Source: Psammoneis japonica (taxonomy: Eukaryota). From it: a stretch of 64,000 nucleotides of DNA. Under the pieces are notes generated by a model. The model did no database searches, was not told where the DNA came from, and saw only the letters and a program-made list of their open reading frames with translations. Positions 13,801 through 26,700 of the stretch are shown piece after piece; the first letter of the stretch is position 1, and every line of letters begins with the position of its first letter. The stretch spans positions 1 to 64,000 of the forward strand of contig QPGO01000159.1 in the NCBI GenBank assembly GCA_008632985.1. The letters run 5' to 3'. Made by a program: the position numbers and the translations under genes.

Positions 13801-14936
13801 CTGATTTGATATATTTTTTCATCATGGACGTCTTCAACGACCTTTAGATGACTCAAAACTTAATCAGCTCATCAAGGATGAGTTGCAATAGTTGATTGTT
13901 TTGGACAGTAGACTGATGCTGCCATCCTTGCGGTGCGAGTGATAGCTGATATCTCAGTGCTCGGTTTCCCGCTAGATTCGACTTAGAATCGATTGAAGGG
14001 TCGTATGGACGCTCTTCATTGACCTCTTGGGTCGAATAGGCACTCTCTTGCTGCTGAGAGCCTTTGGTTTCTTCAGATCATCTCGAAAATAATAATTCTG
14101 ATTCTGAAGTGCAATTCTTGGAAAGACATGAGACAAGAGACTCTTGAGGTACTTTCCAACGGTTCCTTCTTGCTCTTTGAACTTGAGGCTCGTCGATTCG
14201 GTCTCTAAAAACTCTGCAATAGTTTCTCCTTGCATACCAGATATATTTCTCGGACCTGATTGACTCAAGACTTGAAATTCTACCCAACCATGACTTGGTG
14301 TGGATATTTCGATAATGCTGTGCACTTGTAGAGTCCTTGGTCCTGAGGCACTTGAAATGGATCGTGTTGGAACGAATCCTCTTGTCTTGTAGACAAAAAA
14401 CAATGTTCCATCTTGAGGTACTGCTCGGTTTGAGCTGCTTCCGCTTGGAAATCGATTCCAGCAGAACTGATGCATTTCACACCTGCTCATGGAAGAATTT
14501 ACAAAGGCAAATTAGTTAAAATTTTCATTTTCCGTGTTTTTACCTTCTGTGGTGTGTATACACAACGCACTATGCTCAAAGAACGAGTATAAACGAAAGT
14601 AGAATCAAGTATGAAAAGTGAAAATTATGAGATTAAATTTTTCTCTGTGATTTTTGGTTTTTCCGAACGAGTTCTCAATGGCCTAAAGCTTCTGTACTGC
14701 TTCTACAGACAAAAGGCCTTTCGGAGAATATATTCGTGACAACAGATTGTCCGGATACGATTGCTATTGACACGTAAGATGTCAACATCGTCAATCGATC
14801 GTATTTGCAATTTTCGACATCCGATCAACTCTGTGTGATCGTTCTGTCCTTTGTACGCATCCACGACTGTGGTACGATTGACCTATAAATAATACATAAT
14901 TGTAAATATGTGTGTAACAGTCGCATACTGCACCTT

Positions 14937-16331
14937 TGACGAGAGGGCTCACGGCATTCTTGCTGGCCTGGCCCCTGCCCTTTGTAGCTCCTCCCGCCGC
15001 ACCTGTGAGTTTCTCTTGTCTCACCTACACTCTTTTCTTGTTGGCAAGATCCCCAGCACAACCACCAACCCCATTCTCCAATCCTTCTGAGACTGCTCTA
15101 CCTTCCTTAATCTCACTGGCATGTGGCCGTCTCAGCATCCCAACCCCCTTAGTCGTGCCACAATGTTGCCGCCCTCCGGGTCTTCTACATCTCTACAGCC
15201 TCTGATGCCATCTGGAATGCCCTTCTTCATGTCACCAACTCGCCCAACGCTCCGCCTTCTTCCTTCTCTATTCTGGGCACTTCAACTGCTGTTATTCCCT
15301 TCCCTGCTCCCGCTAACTTTACCGCTACCTACAACGCTCTCAAGGAACTTATCTCCCATCAAGACAACATTGTTGTGGTTGTCTCTGACCGCCTTGAGCT
15401 TCCTTTGACTCAGCCCAGCATCACCCGCCTTCTCTCTGCCCCCAATCTTTGCTCCCTGGCTCCCATCTTCTCCACTCACGACTCTCTTCCAATCAAGTGC
15501 AAGCTGCTCTTCTTTCCCTCTCCATGCACCATTGCTCTTTTGGATGTCAACCTGCACAATTATGTTGGCTTCCCTTCTGATCTCCTCAATCCTGTGGCAG
15601 ATTCCTCCCTTGCTGATGACATTGTCCCTCCATCCTGCTCCTCTGCTGCTCTTCAGCCACCTGCTCCTTTGCATGACACCTTTTCCTGCCATGCTCTGGA
15701 GCTGCTTGCTCAAAACTGGCAGGTCCCCAAGCCCCAAGACCCATCACCTGCTGTCAAGTCTCCTCTGCCTTTTCTCAGTCTGCTTGCTCTCTGACCACTG
15801 GGCCTCCTCCCTCCCCAAGCATTCTCATCCTTCTCCTGATGCCCCCATGCATCCAGCCAACATTCTTGATCAAAATTGTGCAGACTGAGTCTGACAACTC
15901 TGTTGCTCCTCGGCAGTCCCAGAGCAAGATGGAACTCTTAAATGCCCTTGATCCCTTTGTTGGCACCTGTTGTCCAGCTCACCTCCCCACCTGGATGCCT
16001 TTATACAAACATGCTGTCCGGGCTGCCACCCCCAACATCGACTCTCTCTGTGACACCATTGATTCATGGAACCTACCAAAACCCGTGCCCTGCCAACTTG
16101 CCCTTTTGCTCCTGGTCCTCTTCATCTACAGATGCATCTTCACTTCCTGCTGCTACACTCAGCCACCCACTGCTGCTCTGCCCAAGTTAGCACTGACAAG
16201 GAAAACTTCCACTCAGCCTGATCCAAACTTGCTTCTGCACTCCCAGCAGCCGCTGTCACTCCCGAATGGCTTCCTAACATCCTCAAGCTCTGCCCTCCCT
16301 GCTTGCACCCTTCTGGCATATCTGGTGCTCC
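14937..16331 (+). pseudogene. Middle segment of the LINE
   Basis: Same pyrimidine skew; lies between the Gypsy-B1 TSD and the Copia-1 TSD GCTCC, so it was contiguous with 30633. Confidence 0.65.
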
Positions 16332-16773
16332 TGACAGGATTTGAACAAGATTTTAGTTTATCATACATAATTATGTGTGCTCTTAGTTCCGCGCGCATCG
16401 AGCGATGTAGAATAATAACAGTGGTAGTGCCGATATCACGACACCAGTCTTTTGGCTCCTGTAACGGTCTCTGCACGGAGACTCATCTGCTGTTTAGACA
16501 GCAGTGCAAGCTCAAGCTGAGGTTGATGTCAAAACAAAGAAGTGAGTAGACCGAAGAGAGGGAGAGCCTGAGCGTTCAGCGAGCGCTGGCGAGCCCTCTC
16601 AAACGGCTACGTTAATCTAATATCCAAAATTAATACTATGTGTCAGAAGCGTGCGAGTGAGTTACTGAACTCTTCCCTTCCATGATCCGAAAGAACTAGA
16701 GGATCATGTAAAGGGCCAAAACCAAAGAAATTATACAGGAGGAAACCCAGGTGTTGGGAAGAAAACCCCCTGA

Positions 16774-19700
16774 TCAACCACAAAAAGGAATCAGGCGCCG
16801 AATGTTGAGGCACTCAACCACATGAGGAGCTCGACGAAGCGAGAGCGTGCCATTCACATGCACTTGAACAATAGGATAAGGGCCATGAGCACGAGGTTCG
16901 AGGCTGGATGGGTCAACCGACTTGATTAGAACTTGATCACCCACTTGATAATCGTAGGATCTTCTCTTGGCATTAGCTCTTCGCAAATTATCGTTGATCA
17001 GCGTCTGGCGATGGCCTTGAATCGTCAATAAGTCTGCTAGTACAGGGATGTCTAGGATCATGTCACGTCCGAACACCATAGCACCTGGTGAAGTCTGTAA
17101 AGAACGGGAAACAGCACAGCGAGTTGCATACATTGCAGTTGCCAAAGCATCATCCACAAGGCTAGCTGCATCCTGAAGGTTTTGAGGTGGATTAGAAGCA
17201 ATGAGCATGCGTAATACATTACCGACGGTCTGGTGCATTCGTTTGCAAATAGCGTTGGCTTGGGGGTTGTATGAAGTAGTTGGCACATCATCAATTCCGG
17301 CTTGTTGCAACAGCATCTGAAAATCGTACCCAGTGAACTCGCCGCCGTTATCGTGGATACATCGATTCGGTCTGGGATGGCGTGCAAGCCAGCAGTTTTC
17401 GAATTGGTTAGCAACATGTCGGGCAGTTTTATTTTCAATTCTCACCAGTTCAACAAGATTAGAAACAGGATCAATATAGGTCAACGCCCGAAACTCAATT
17501 TCTCCATTCGGCACTTTGATTTTCCACGGGCCAATGAGGTCAACCGCCACTTCCAACCAGGGAGTCAATGGAGCTTCTTGCTCGGGCAAGTCTCCATAGC
17601 CAGGACCCAAAGTTTTATTCCATTGACAATCAGCACAAGAGCATTCATCACACATACGACGCAACCCAGGATGGCAACAATGAGCCTGGATCGTTTCACG
17701 CATACGCTGGCTTCCGGCATGGCCAAGGACGAGATGATACCACTGTAAGATGTCGGGCATGAGCGCAGTCGGCAAACAGATTTTCCACTGTCCTGGAGGA
17801 TCATTGGGTCGCATACGACAACATACAAGCGGTCGATTATTCACATATTCCACGAGGAAACGATCAGGGTGAGTAATGCGCATCTGGTTCAACTGTTGGT
17901 CCTCGAACTGGTGCTCCTGAATACATTGTAATGTCATTGGATTCTGCATCTCCTGCATCGTAGGGTAATTCAAGAAGGAATCGAACAGTTCCGGTTCATC
18001 CACAAAGAAAGAGAAGAAGTGTGAGTGGCCTTCATTTTCAATGTTGCGACAACACTTGAATCGGCATGCGCCGAGTTCCAAGTCCTCATCGCGGAAATCC
18101 TCAACTTCGGATGGTTCCTCACTCGGCACCAACTTCGAATTGAGCGGAGCAAAATCAACAACAGTTCCTTTACCCGGAGCCAAGCTCTTCCCTTCAGAGG
18201 GAGGATCCATGCGAGGCAAACGAGAAAAACAATCAGCCAAGACATTCAATCGGCCTTCAATGTAATGAAATTGAGGGGCAAAGTCTTCCAAAAAGAGTTG
18301 CCAACGAAGTGCGCATTGCGAATTCAAAGTGCGAAAGGTGAGGTTCTTGTGGTCAGTGAATACATGCAAGTCGCCGCCAAGGAGCATCGATCGGTATTCT
18401 CGGAAGCACATGACAATGGCCAACAGTTCTTTTTCGATCGTCGAATAGTTTTGTTGTGCCGCATTTAGCTTTCGAGACCAGCATGCAACAGGTTTTCCAT
18501 CCTGTACAATCACTGCGCCCATCTGGTAATCACTAGCATCGGTGTAGATATGGAAGGGTTTGTTATGATTCGGATGAGCCATCAATGTTTCGGCCACTAG
18601 AACTGCTTTCATCTCATCGAACGCCGCCTGACATTCCGCTGTCCACGTCCACGTGCCTTTACCTGTGAGATCTGTTAAGGGTTTCAATAGGTGAGAACGC
18701 CGAGGCCACATATTACGATAGTACGTTACAGCACCAAGGAACGAACGAAGCTGCTTGATGTTTTCCGGAGGTTGCATTCGCAGGACAGCCTCCACTTTTT
18801 TCTTCCACGGACGAATTCCAGTCGGAGCCAGCCAATGCCCAAGGAAATCCGTTTCCTGCACACACCATTCGCATTTCAAGGGATTTACTTTGAATCCAGC
18901 TTCCTCCAAGCATTGTAAAAGTTTGTCAAGACAGTCAAGGTGAATGTCAAAGTCATCATCAAATTGAGCGAGATCATCAACATACGCGTCAACGTCCAAG
19001 TCGTGCACAGTTTTCTCAATCAAATGTTGCACAATATCTGGAGCCGGCTTCAGACCCATTGCTAAACGGCAGTGTCGGTACTTTCCAAAGGGTGTCACGA
19101 TTGTCATCAAATCCTTGAAATCGTCATCCAATTCAAACGTGCAGTACATCATTGAGAGGTCCAATTTGGTCAAAAACTTGTATCCGGCTCTCTTCTGCAG
19201 TACATCTTGAATGATCGGTAAAGGATAAACCTTGCGCTTGAGGGCTTTGTTGAGTTCCCGAAAATCGCTGAGCCACCGCACTCGACCATCCTTCTTCGGC
19301 CGAATGAAAGTACCAGCAGCCCATTCCGAAGTTCCGGCTTCTTCAAGAACGCCAAGAGCCACTAAGTGATCCAGTTCTCGTTTGAAGGTTTCGAGATCAT
19401 TGTGCGGTACTGCATGCGCTCGAGAATGGTAAGGAACAGCGTTAGGATCAACATCAAGGTGAACTTTTTCGCCAGCATACTTGCCGAGAGTGCCATCAAA
19501 AAGAGCAGTGTGTTTTTCCAATGCAAGGCGTAATTTTTCTTGTTGTTTGGTAGTGAGATGCTTCTGAGCTGACGCTACTTCAGAAGGGGACGTCTCCTCA
19601 TACTTTGCATCGAGGATGTAGCTGTCCCATACATCATCATCGTTAGCTAGCTCATCAGTCAAGTCGTCAAGCCACTGCTGGATGCTAATCCGATGGTTTC

Positions 19701-19881
19701 TTGGTTTCATTGCAATGCTTGAATTGAGCCACTTGACAATTCCGTGTTCGAAATCTAATGTGATACCTGCTCTCGCCAAGAAGTCCTGTCCAAGGATCAC
19801 ATCACACTGGCAAGGTGAGTCAAACACATACGCATGCATGCCATCAACACGTTTGGTCTTGTCAAATTCAGGGAGCACCAC
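16774..19881 (-). CDS. pol: Gypsy pol (RT, RNase H, integrase); open but carries many substitutions
   Basis: 1035 aa: DFRELN, KLDLSM, YVDD, IYTDASDYQMGAV, TDHKNL, integrase VAVDLIGP/HDNGGEF/NPQANA. Confidence 0.93.
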   Translation of the reverse strand: MVLPEFDKTKRVDGMHAYVFDSPCQCDVILGQDFLARAGITLDFEHGIVKWLNSSIAMKPRNHRISIQQWLDDLTDELANDDDVWDSYILDAKYEETSPSEVASAQKHLTTKQQEKLRLALEKHTALFDGTLGKYAGEKVHLDVDPNAVPYHSRAHAVPHNDLETFKRELDHLVALGVLEEAGTSEWAAGTFIRPKKDGRVRWLSDFRELNKALKRKVYPLPIIQDVLQKRAGYKFLTKLDLSMMYCTFELDDDFKDLMTIVTPFGKYRHCRLAMGLKPAPDIVQHLIEKTVHDLDVDAYVDDLAQFDDDFDIHLDCLDKLLQCLEEAGFKVNPLKCEWCVQETDFLGHWLAPTGIRPWKKKVEAVLRMQPPENIKQLRSFLGAVTYYRNMWPRRSHLLKPLTDLTGKGTWTWTAECQAAFDEMKAVLVAETLMAHPNHNKPFHIYTDASDYQMGAVIVQDGKPVACWSRKLNAAQQNYSTIEKELLAIVMCFREYRSMLLGGDLHVFTDHKNLTFRTLNSQCALRWQLFLEDFAPQFHYIEGRLNVLADCFSRLPRMDPPSEGKSLAPGKGTVVDFAPLNSKLVPSEEPSEVEDFRDEDLELGACRFKCCRNIENEGHSHFFSFFVDEPELFDSFLNYPTMQEMQNPMTLQCIQEHQFEDQQLNQMRITHPDRFLVEYVNNRPLVCCRMRPNDPPGQWKICLPTALMPDILQWYHLVLGHAGSQRMRETIQAHCCHPGLRRMCDECSCADCQWNKTLGPGYGDLPEQEAPLTPWLEVAVDLIGPWKIKVPNGEIEFRALTYIDPVSNLVELVRIENKTARHVANQFENCWLARHPRPNRCIHDNGGEFTGYDFQMLLQQAGIDDVPTTSYNPQANAICKRMHQTVGNVLRMLIASNPPQNLQDAASLVDDALATAMYATRCAVSRSLQTSPGAMVFGRDMILDIPVLADLLTIQGHRQTLINDNLRRANAKRRSYDYQVGDQVLIKSVDPSSLEPRAHGPYPIVQVHVNGTLSLRRAPHVVECLNIRRLIPFCG

Positions 19882-19890
19882 ATCCTGCAG

Positions 19891-21552
19891 TCAAACGTAA
19901 CGAGCAGATTTGAATTCTCCTGCTAACGTCCGAAACTTCGCAACAATTGGCCCTGTTTCCTCCAATGCTGGTGCCGCTCCAACTGGCAACACCCGAGCAT
20001 GAATCATTGAATGGGTTCCACCAGAGTCGAGCAACACCCGCATCACGCACTTGCTTTCCTTATTTTGAATGAATCGCGCCGCGAACAAGGTTGTAGGGAC
20101 CACATTAAAAGGTTTGGTTGGTTTTGTTTTTGGGGTTGGTACAGTGCACTCAAGTCCCACATCGTCTTCATCATTCATAGCATAATTTTCGAAATCGTCA
20201 TCATCAAACAAATCAGCAGCATATACATGACAATCATCAATACAATCAGTGCAATCATCAAACATGTGGGAATCAGGAGCGACACACTCGGACGACAGCT
20301 CTTCAAGCTCATTGGGTCAGTGTCGACCGCATCCCGAGAAGCGACCACCAGGTCGAAAACTTCCCGCTCCACCTCGATGCTCATGAGGCCCTCCAATAAA
20401 ATCAAGATGATGGCTTTCAGCAGACCAATCATTAGGAGGAGCCATTCTGGCCGGATTACCGTAACCGCCGCCATCTGCATTGGTTCAGGTGTCGTTTTGA
20501 CATTGCATATAGGAGCCACCATCTTCATGATGCTCGCCGCCATTGCCGCCAGAGTTGTGGTTTCCTCGACTGCCATAATTTCCTCGGCCACTACCACGAC
20601 CTTGATGGCCACGGCCTTGCCAACCACGACCTTGATTTCCGCCATAACCATGACCTCCACCGCGACCGCCACCTCGACCACCATGGCCACCATATCCGCG
20701 ACCGCCACGATCAGTCCTTGGACGGTAGTTGTTGGAGTCGGGATTCATGATGCAATCTTTCCACTTATGATTGTGAGTGTGCAACAGACATTGGGTTTCT
20801 GGGTCAATACGATTGCCTTTCTTCTTATTCGAGCCGCCTTTAGACTGTCCATCTTTGCGCTTTTTCGACGTCTTCTTGTTCCTATCCGCAAACGATTTCT
20901 CCGTGCTCACACACGTGACTATTTCCGCTAGTGTATCATTTCCAATCATGCGTCCTGCTCTTGTGCACATCTCGCGCCACGATAGAGGGAAGCTATCGAA
21001 AATCATCTTCTTCTTTTGGTTCTGAGTAATAACTGGATTATTTCCCGGCAATTTGTTCGTGTGTCGTGCCAAAGTCTCCATTTGATCCGCGTGTGCCTGT
21101 ACTTCAACGTCACACGGCTTTTTAAGAGCAAGTAAGTATTCAATCATTGTGTCACGTGCTTCAGTTTCACAATACGACAAATAAAAATGAGCCAATTCTT
21201 GATCGAAACGAGCTACCATCTTCTGCACATCCGGAATCGCCATGGTGAGATTGGACCATTTATCTTCAGCTGTATCCATCAATGCTTCTTCAAAATTATC
21301 AAACAATTCTTCTCCTGTATTGAATTCGAGTTTTGCAGCCAGTTTACGAAAACGATCTTCCACAAACAACAACGCTTCAATTCCATTACTTCTGTCAAAA
21401 CAAGGGCACTTTTTCGTACGCGTGCTACCATCATCATACGATTGGGTTAATTTTACGAGTTCCAAATCCAAATGAGCAAATTTTGCAGCATACAAAATGC
21501 ATGGTTCCTTAAGGCTCTCGCGATTACTCATCAGGCCAAGTTGGTCCACCAA
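19891..21552 (-). pseudogene. gag: Gypsy gag and aspartic protease, same frame as pol, broken by TGA stops
   Basis: Gag with knuckle-like CLLHTHNHKWKDC and an RGG-rich tail; protease RVLLDSGGTHSMI; ORFs 20485-21552, 19891-20265 and 16774-19881 share one frame. Confidence 0.88.
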
Positions 21553-21980
21553 GAAACTGTTTCAAGTACTCTACCTTTGATTCGAGTTGTGCTACCCGAA
21601 TCGCCAAATCCTGTTCGCGTTGTTTTCGTATCTCCTTTTCTCGTTTTTGTTCCAAAGCCCAATTCGCTGCTTTCGCTCTCAAAGTTCTTTTCTCTTGTTT
21701 CGTAAGCCTGTTAGTTGTATCGTTGTTTCTCATTCAGCTCTTTACAATCAACTGCAATTACAGTGCAAGCTCAAGCTGAGGTTGATGTCAAAACAAAGAA
21801 GTGAGTAGACCAAAGAGAGGGAGAGCCCAAGCGTTCAGCGAGCGCTGGCGAGCCCTCTCAAACGGCTACGTTAATATAATATCCAAAATTAATACTATAT
21901 ATCAGAAGCGTGCGAGTGAGTTACTGCAAGCAGCAAGGAGTCATTGTTTTCTTCTACCCAGTCATCTTCATTTTCTGTCA

Positions 21981-21997
21981 GATTAACAGTCTCGCTC
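21981..21997 (+). promoter_or_regulatory. Putative primer-binding site of Copia-1 (GATTAACAGTCTCGCTC)
   Basis: Directly follows the 5' LTR in both copies (also 3861-3877); the reverse complement contains GACTGTTAATC, which resembles a tRNA-Asn(GTT) anticodon arm. Confidence 0.6.
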
Positions 21998-22810
21998 ATT
22001 ATTGTCCATTGAGCGTTCATCATCATCATAGAGAAATTTCTGACGACGCCCACCCTTGGCGGTGGAAGCATGTGTCTACCTTCTTCACTGCTGGACACTG
22101 AATTAAATCTATACGTTTGGATTTATCCAACACCTCCCGTTGTTGGATGTGTTTATTCAACGGATATTTGTTTGGTCAGGAATTCCCAAATTCTCAGACA
22201 TCCGAGATTCCGGATTCCCCATAGCGGATTCTGCCCTGGTTGGCAGACAGACCAATCCATTCGCTTGCGCCCACGCGCCCACGATATAAACCCGTGACTC
22301 TGGCCCTGCTCCACGCACGCCAAGTCTACCGCTTTGTATCTACACCGGATTGCTGGTCTTCTACAGTCCTAAAAGGTCCACGAGGACAACTGTGAGAGGA
22401 AGTAGTTCATGATTACAGCCTACATTGGGGTGAGGGTGCATTTCCCACATTTGTTCGTCCCTCCACAGCGCCAAATTTGGCCGGTCTGATTGGGTCATCC
22501 AACCGATATAAAATAAGAACAGTTTGGAGGTCTTGTCCACCTCTAGTTAGCTTGTCAGCAGGGGTTTTTAACCCGTCACTCTGAACTCAAGCAACCCAAA
22601 GCGTCACCAGCTGTGGGTTTGGACGTGCCGGCACAACTCTACGGACCGGATAGGAAGCTTAGCACTTAACTACGAACAGGACACCATAGCCTGGCGGCTT
22701 CTGACTTATAAGATAGTCCAAGACTCCAAGTCAAGACTCAAGCCAAGTTTCAAGTTATTTCAAGCTCACCCTCCCACTCTAGCTGGTCCCGACACTCACC
22801 TAGTTGCAAC

Positions 22811-23798
22811 ATGGTTCTCACCAGACAGCAACAAATCGATGGCCTCGAGCACATCCTAGGCACGCGATGGCAATGTCAACTTGTCTGTCTGCACTCACGA
22901 TCTTGCGCCAGCCTCCGCACAATCCGACGCTACAGCCGATGCAGCCGATGCTAACCCCATTCTGGCTCATCTCACCAGGCGCAAGCCTCTGCCACCCGGC
23001 AACTTGCAACATCTCCTGGCACCTGAACGGCCTCCTTCCGCCCATTCTGGAGAGAAACCGCCCAAATCTGCACCTTCCGTCTGCTCTGACGCAAAGCCCA
23101 ACGACACTGACATCGAGATCAATGGTCATAAATGCCATCGTGTCAACAACCACAATGTTGTCTACTCTGCCTCGACCCACAAATCGACTCGCAAAGGCAC
23201 CCTCATGGATCGTGGTGCAAACGGTGGTGTCGCCGGTGATGATGTTTGTGTCATTGCTCGCACTGGTCGCCAGGTTGACGTCCAAGGTATTGACGATCAC
23301 CAACTAGTTGACATTCCCATTGTCACTGCCGGTGGTGTCATCCACACACAACACAGCCCCGTCATCGCCATTCTTCACCAGCACGCCTACACTGGAAAGT
23401 GCAAGACCATACATTCTTGTGGTCAACTTGAGTGGTACAAACACGACGTCAACGATTGGTCCATCAAGGTCCCCAATGGTCTGCAGTGCATCACCACCAA
23501 TGATGGATATGTCATCCCCATTGACATCAAAGGCAGCCTTCTATACATCGCCATATGCCCGTACACTGATGCCAAATGGGACACCTTGCCACACGTTGTC
23601 CTCACTGGTGATGACACTTGGGACCCATCTGTCCTTGACCACCAGTTCACTGATGATGAGACGTGGTATGATGCCGCATCTGACCTTCAGGCCAACCCGA
23701 CTGCCAACCTCTTTGACGAGTTTGGCAACTATCGCCACCGTCATGTCGTCAACAACGCCATGCTTACGGACTCCATCCTTGATGACCACCTGCTCCCG
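22811..23798 (+). pseudogene. Copia gag start fused by deletion to the protease region
   Basis: MVLTRQQQIDGLEHILG at 22811, then a jump to sequence matching ~6033; LMDRGANGGVAGDDV. Confidence 0.88.
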
Positions 23799-26700
23799 TG
23801 CACTATGCTCGAAGAACGAGTGTAGGTTCTATTTTTTGATAGTAAGTCGGCTGATTGCTTTTGCGATGACGTTCGCCTTGCCCTCGATGTATTTTATTTC
23901 GGGACTGGAGTTCTGTATAATAAGTCATCAACGCATGACTCTGTCCGTTGTGTTTTATGAACCGTATATATAGATTAATCTGTTGGCCAAACAGTATATT
24001 ACGGGATTTATGTAGTGTTTCCACTATGGACAGAAGTTCTTTTTCCGTTGTGACGAGAATATTGAAATACCATGTATGATAATAACATAGTTTTTGATAT
24101 GATGCGCTCCATATTTTCGGAGACTTTTTGTTCTGTACTTGTCCTTTTGCCGTTTGACCTTTATTGAGGTGGATTTGGCTAGAAGTGTACAGGAGATCAT
24201 TGAGGCTACATGTCTCGATAGTAGCACTAACGTGTGTCGACAAGCTGTCGTAATATTCTTTACGTTTTGCTCAATGTTGCGATTGCCGGAATCGCCTCCA
24301 TTTTCTTTGTAATCGGATGTATACCATTGCGTATGGAAGTCTTGATAATTTTTTTTCAAGTTAAGTAGTGAAGGACTTTTGTTTGTTAACCTTCAAAGCG
24401 ACTGTTCTAGTCGCATGGATGCCGTTTCAAGTTTTTCTTGTGCAGGTGACATTTTGAAGTTACCTTTTGTCAGGTATGAACGTTTATTTTTAGCCGTTCT
24501 GACAACTTTAAACCTGTCATGAGTTCGCTCATGTGTTGTATGAAAATATCTGGGGCTCTATAGATTCTCATTGGAAGTCTATAGTACTCATTTTCCCCCA
24601 CGGCAATGTTCTGATGTGAGCACAACGTGTGCTTTTTTGATTTTACATCGTGGTGTTCCATGTTTGAATCGTAATTTCATTTTTAAAACTTCAATCTTTC
24701 ATAATTGGTTAAGTTCCTTTCAAATGGACGCCTCCAAAGACTATGATAGGAGAAGGGTTCTCACACGTCGTGGAATCGCGGGAGATTTTTCACGGCGAGA
24801 TCCATTGGTTCTTCCTATTCATTTGTCCAAGGAACTTTTCAAAAGGATTTCAAACCTCTTAAGAAGGAGAGTGAGTGGTTTATCTTCTTTTGGTTTAGAT
24901 GTATTGCTGTAGCTGTCACTTGATTAGAATCGACGGCGTGATAATGTGAGTCGAGAACCATCGGTCTCGTTATTAACTCTATTCACCGCGTCATATTTTT
25001 CAATGTGGTCGGCATTCAGCTGGAACATTTCTGTATCGAAGAGTGTATCAACATTCTTCATAGGGTAATTGTTTCATTCCCATTTGATTTCTTCAATTGC
25101 GTAGTCTAATATGATTGCAAGACTGGACATTAAGTCGCGTCCCATGATCACATCATTCGACCTTGAAGGATATTTGGTGTTATCGACATATACTGTTTGG
25201 ATATCAGTAAGTCTTAAATTTGCATAGTGAGAACTGAATTCGGTGTTTACTATCAGTCGTAAAGAGCTCACCCTTGGTTTCCCAAGTTTTTTGGTGGCGG
25301 ATATTTTGGTTCTCAATTTTCGCACGATTTTGCGTAAAATCATGGGCTGACGATGTTCTTTATCGAGAGAACACATAGAAGCTTATTTTTTGCTTTTCTC
25401 TGAGCAGTAGTCATATAGACAGCGAGAATAGGACTCGTATAACATACTATGATGCTTTTTCTGGATTTCCAGACGTCCTGTAACGCGTTATACTCCTCGA
25501 GCGGTATAAATTTTTGATCGGACTCGATCGGGTCAATTTTTCTAAATTGATAGTTTTATTCGCTAAGCGTTTTAGAGTCTTAATTTTCGCTCTTATTTTT
25601 ACGTTCCTTTATCAAGGAACTCGCTTTAATTGTTTTTGTGAACTGCCTAGTTCATAGTTTAGTTCAATTCCTCTTTCACAGAGGTATTTCTGCTCTCGTC
25701 ACGTTCGCGTGCGATTGCCATTCAGAGCGTCGTATTTTTGGGTCTTTTTTAGAGCCACCCTTGCACTCTTTTGCTAATTCATTTTCAGAATAGCCTTAAT
25801 CCGTGATGTGGGTATTCTTCTTTCAAAGATTGGACCCTTTTTTCACTTTGGATTGTTCTGGTACCATATAGGAGACCATTTTGGGAACCAAATTTGGAAC
25901 CATTTTGGTTTTGGAATCAACTGCACTATCAGAGCCTGATTTGATATGTTTTTTTGTCATAGACGTCCTTGCCGACCTCTAGACGACTCAAACCTCAATC
26001 AGCTCGTCAAGGGTATGATCCAGTAGTTCAACATTTTGGACAGTAGGCTGATGCTGCCATCCTTGCGGTGCGAGTGATAGCTGATAAATCAGCGCTCGGT
26101 TTCCCGCTAGATTCGACTTAGAATCGATCTGAGGGTCGTATAGACTCTCATCATTGACCTCTTGGGTCTATCAGAGGCTTCCTTGCTGTTGAGCGGCTCT
26201 GGTTTCTTCAGGTCGTCTCGAAAATAATTTCCCTGATTCTGAAGTGCATTTCCTCAGAGGACATGAGTTATGAGACATTGAGGTACTTTCCAACGATTCC
26301 CTCTTGCTCCTTGGACTCAAGGATCATCGACTCGGTCTCAAAAAACTCTCCAACAGTCTCTCCTTGCATGGTAGACGTATTTCTCGGATCTGATCGACTC
26401 GGGACTTGCATTCTCTGCAACCATGAATTGGTGTAGATTTTTTGATAATGCGGTGTACTTGAGAGCCCTTGATCCTTGGGTGCTTGGAATGGACCGTATT
26501 AGAGCGAATCTTCTTGTTTGGTAGACGAAAAACAGCGTTCCATCTTGAGGTACTGCTCGGATTGAGCTTCTTCCGCTCAGAAATCGATTCCAGCAGAACT
26601 GATGCGATTCGCTCCTGTTTATAGAAGAATTCACAAAGGCACATTAGTTAAAATTTTCATTTTCCATGCTTTTTACCTTCTGTGGTGTGTATACACAATG

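Larger units (their letters stand above)
8371..14932 (-). mobile_element. Degenerate Ty3/Gypsy element, family Gypsy-B, copy 1
   Basis: LTRs 8371-8737 and 14566-14932 (~367 bp, about 14 differences by eye); 4-bp TSD CCTT (8367-8370, 14933-14936); purine tract on the minus strand next to 8737; pol remnants ILFGQQIHIYTDHK and IQAIATP. Confidence 0.92.
16505..21928 (-). mobile_element. Ty3/Gypsy element (Gypsy-A), structurally full length
   Basis: 165-bp LTRs 16505-16669 and 21764-21928; 5-bp TSD AGCAG (16500-16504, 21929-21933); PPT GGAAGGGAAGAG on the minus strand (16670-16681). Confidence 0.95.

Noticed and set aside
16774..19881. Gypsy-A as an active element
   Set aside because: pol is open but conserved residues are substituted, in-frame stops lie upstream, and the LTRs differ at about 7 of 165 sites
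20011..20931. 306-aa plus-strand ORF
   Set aside because: Antisense shadow of the Gly/Arg-rich gag tail
16502..21926. Non-canonical CAGT...ACTG LTR termini for Gypsy-A
   Set aside because: Those boundaries give no TSD, whereas TGCA boundaries give a perfect AGCAG
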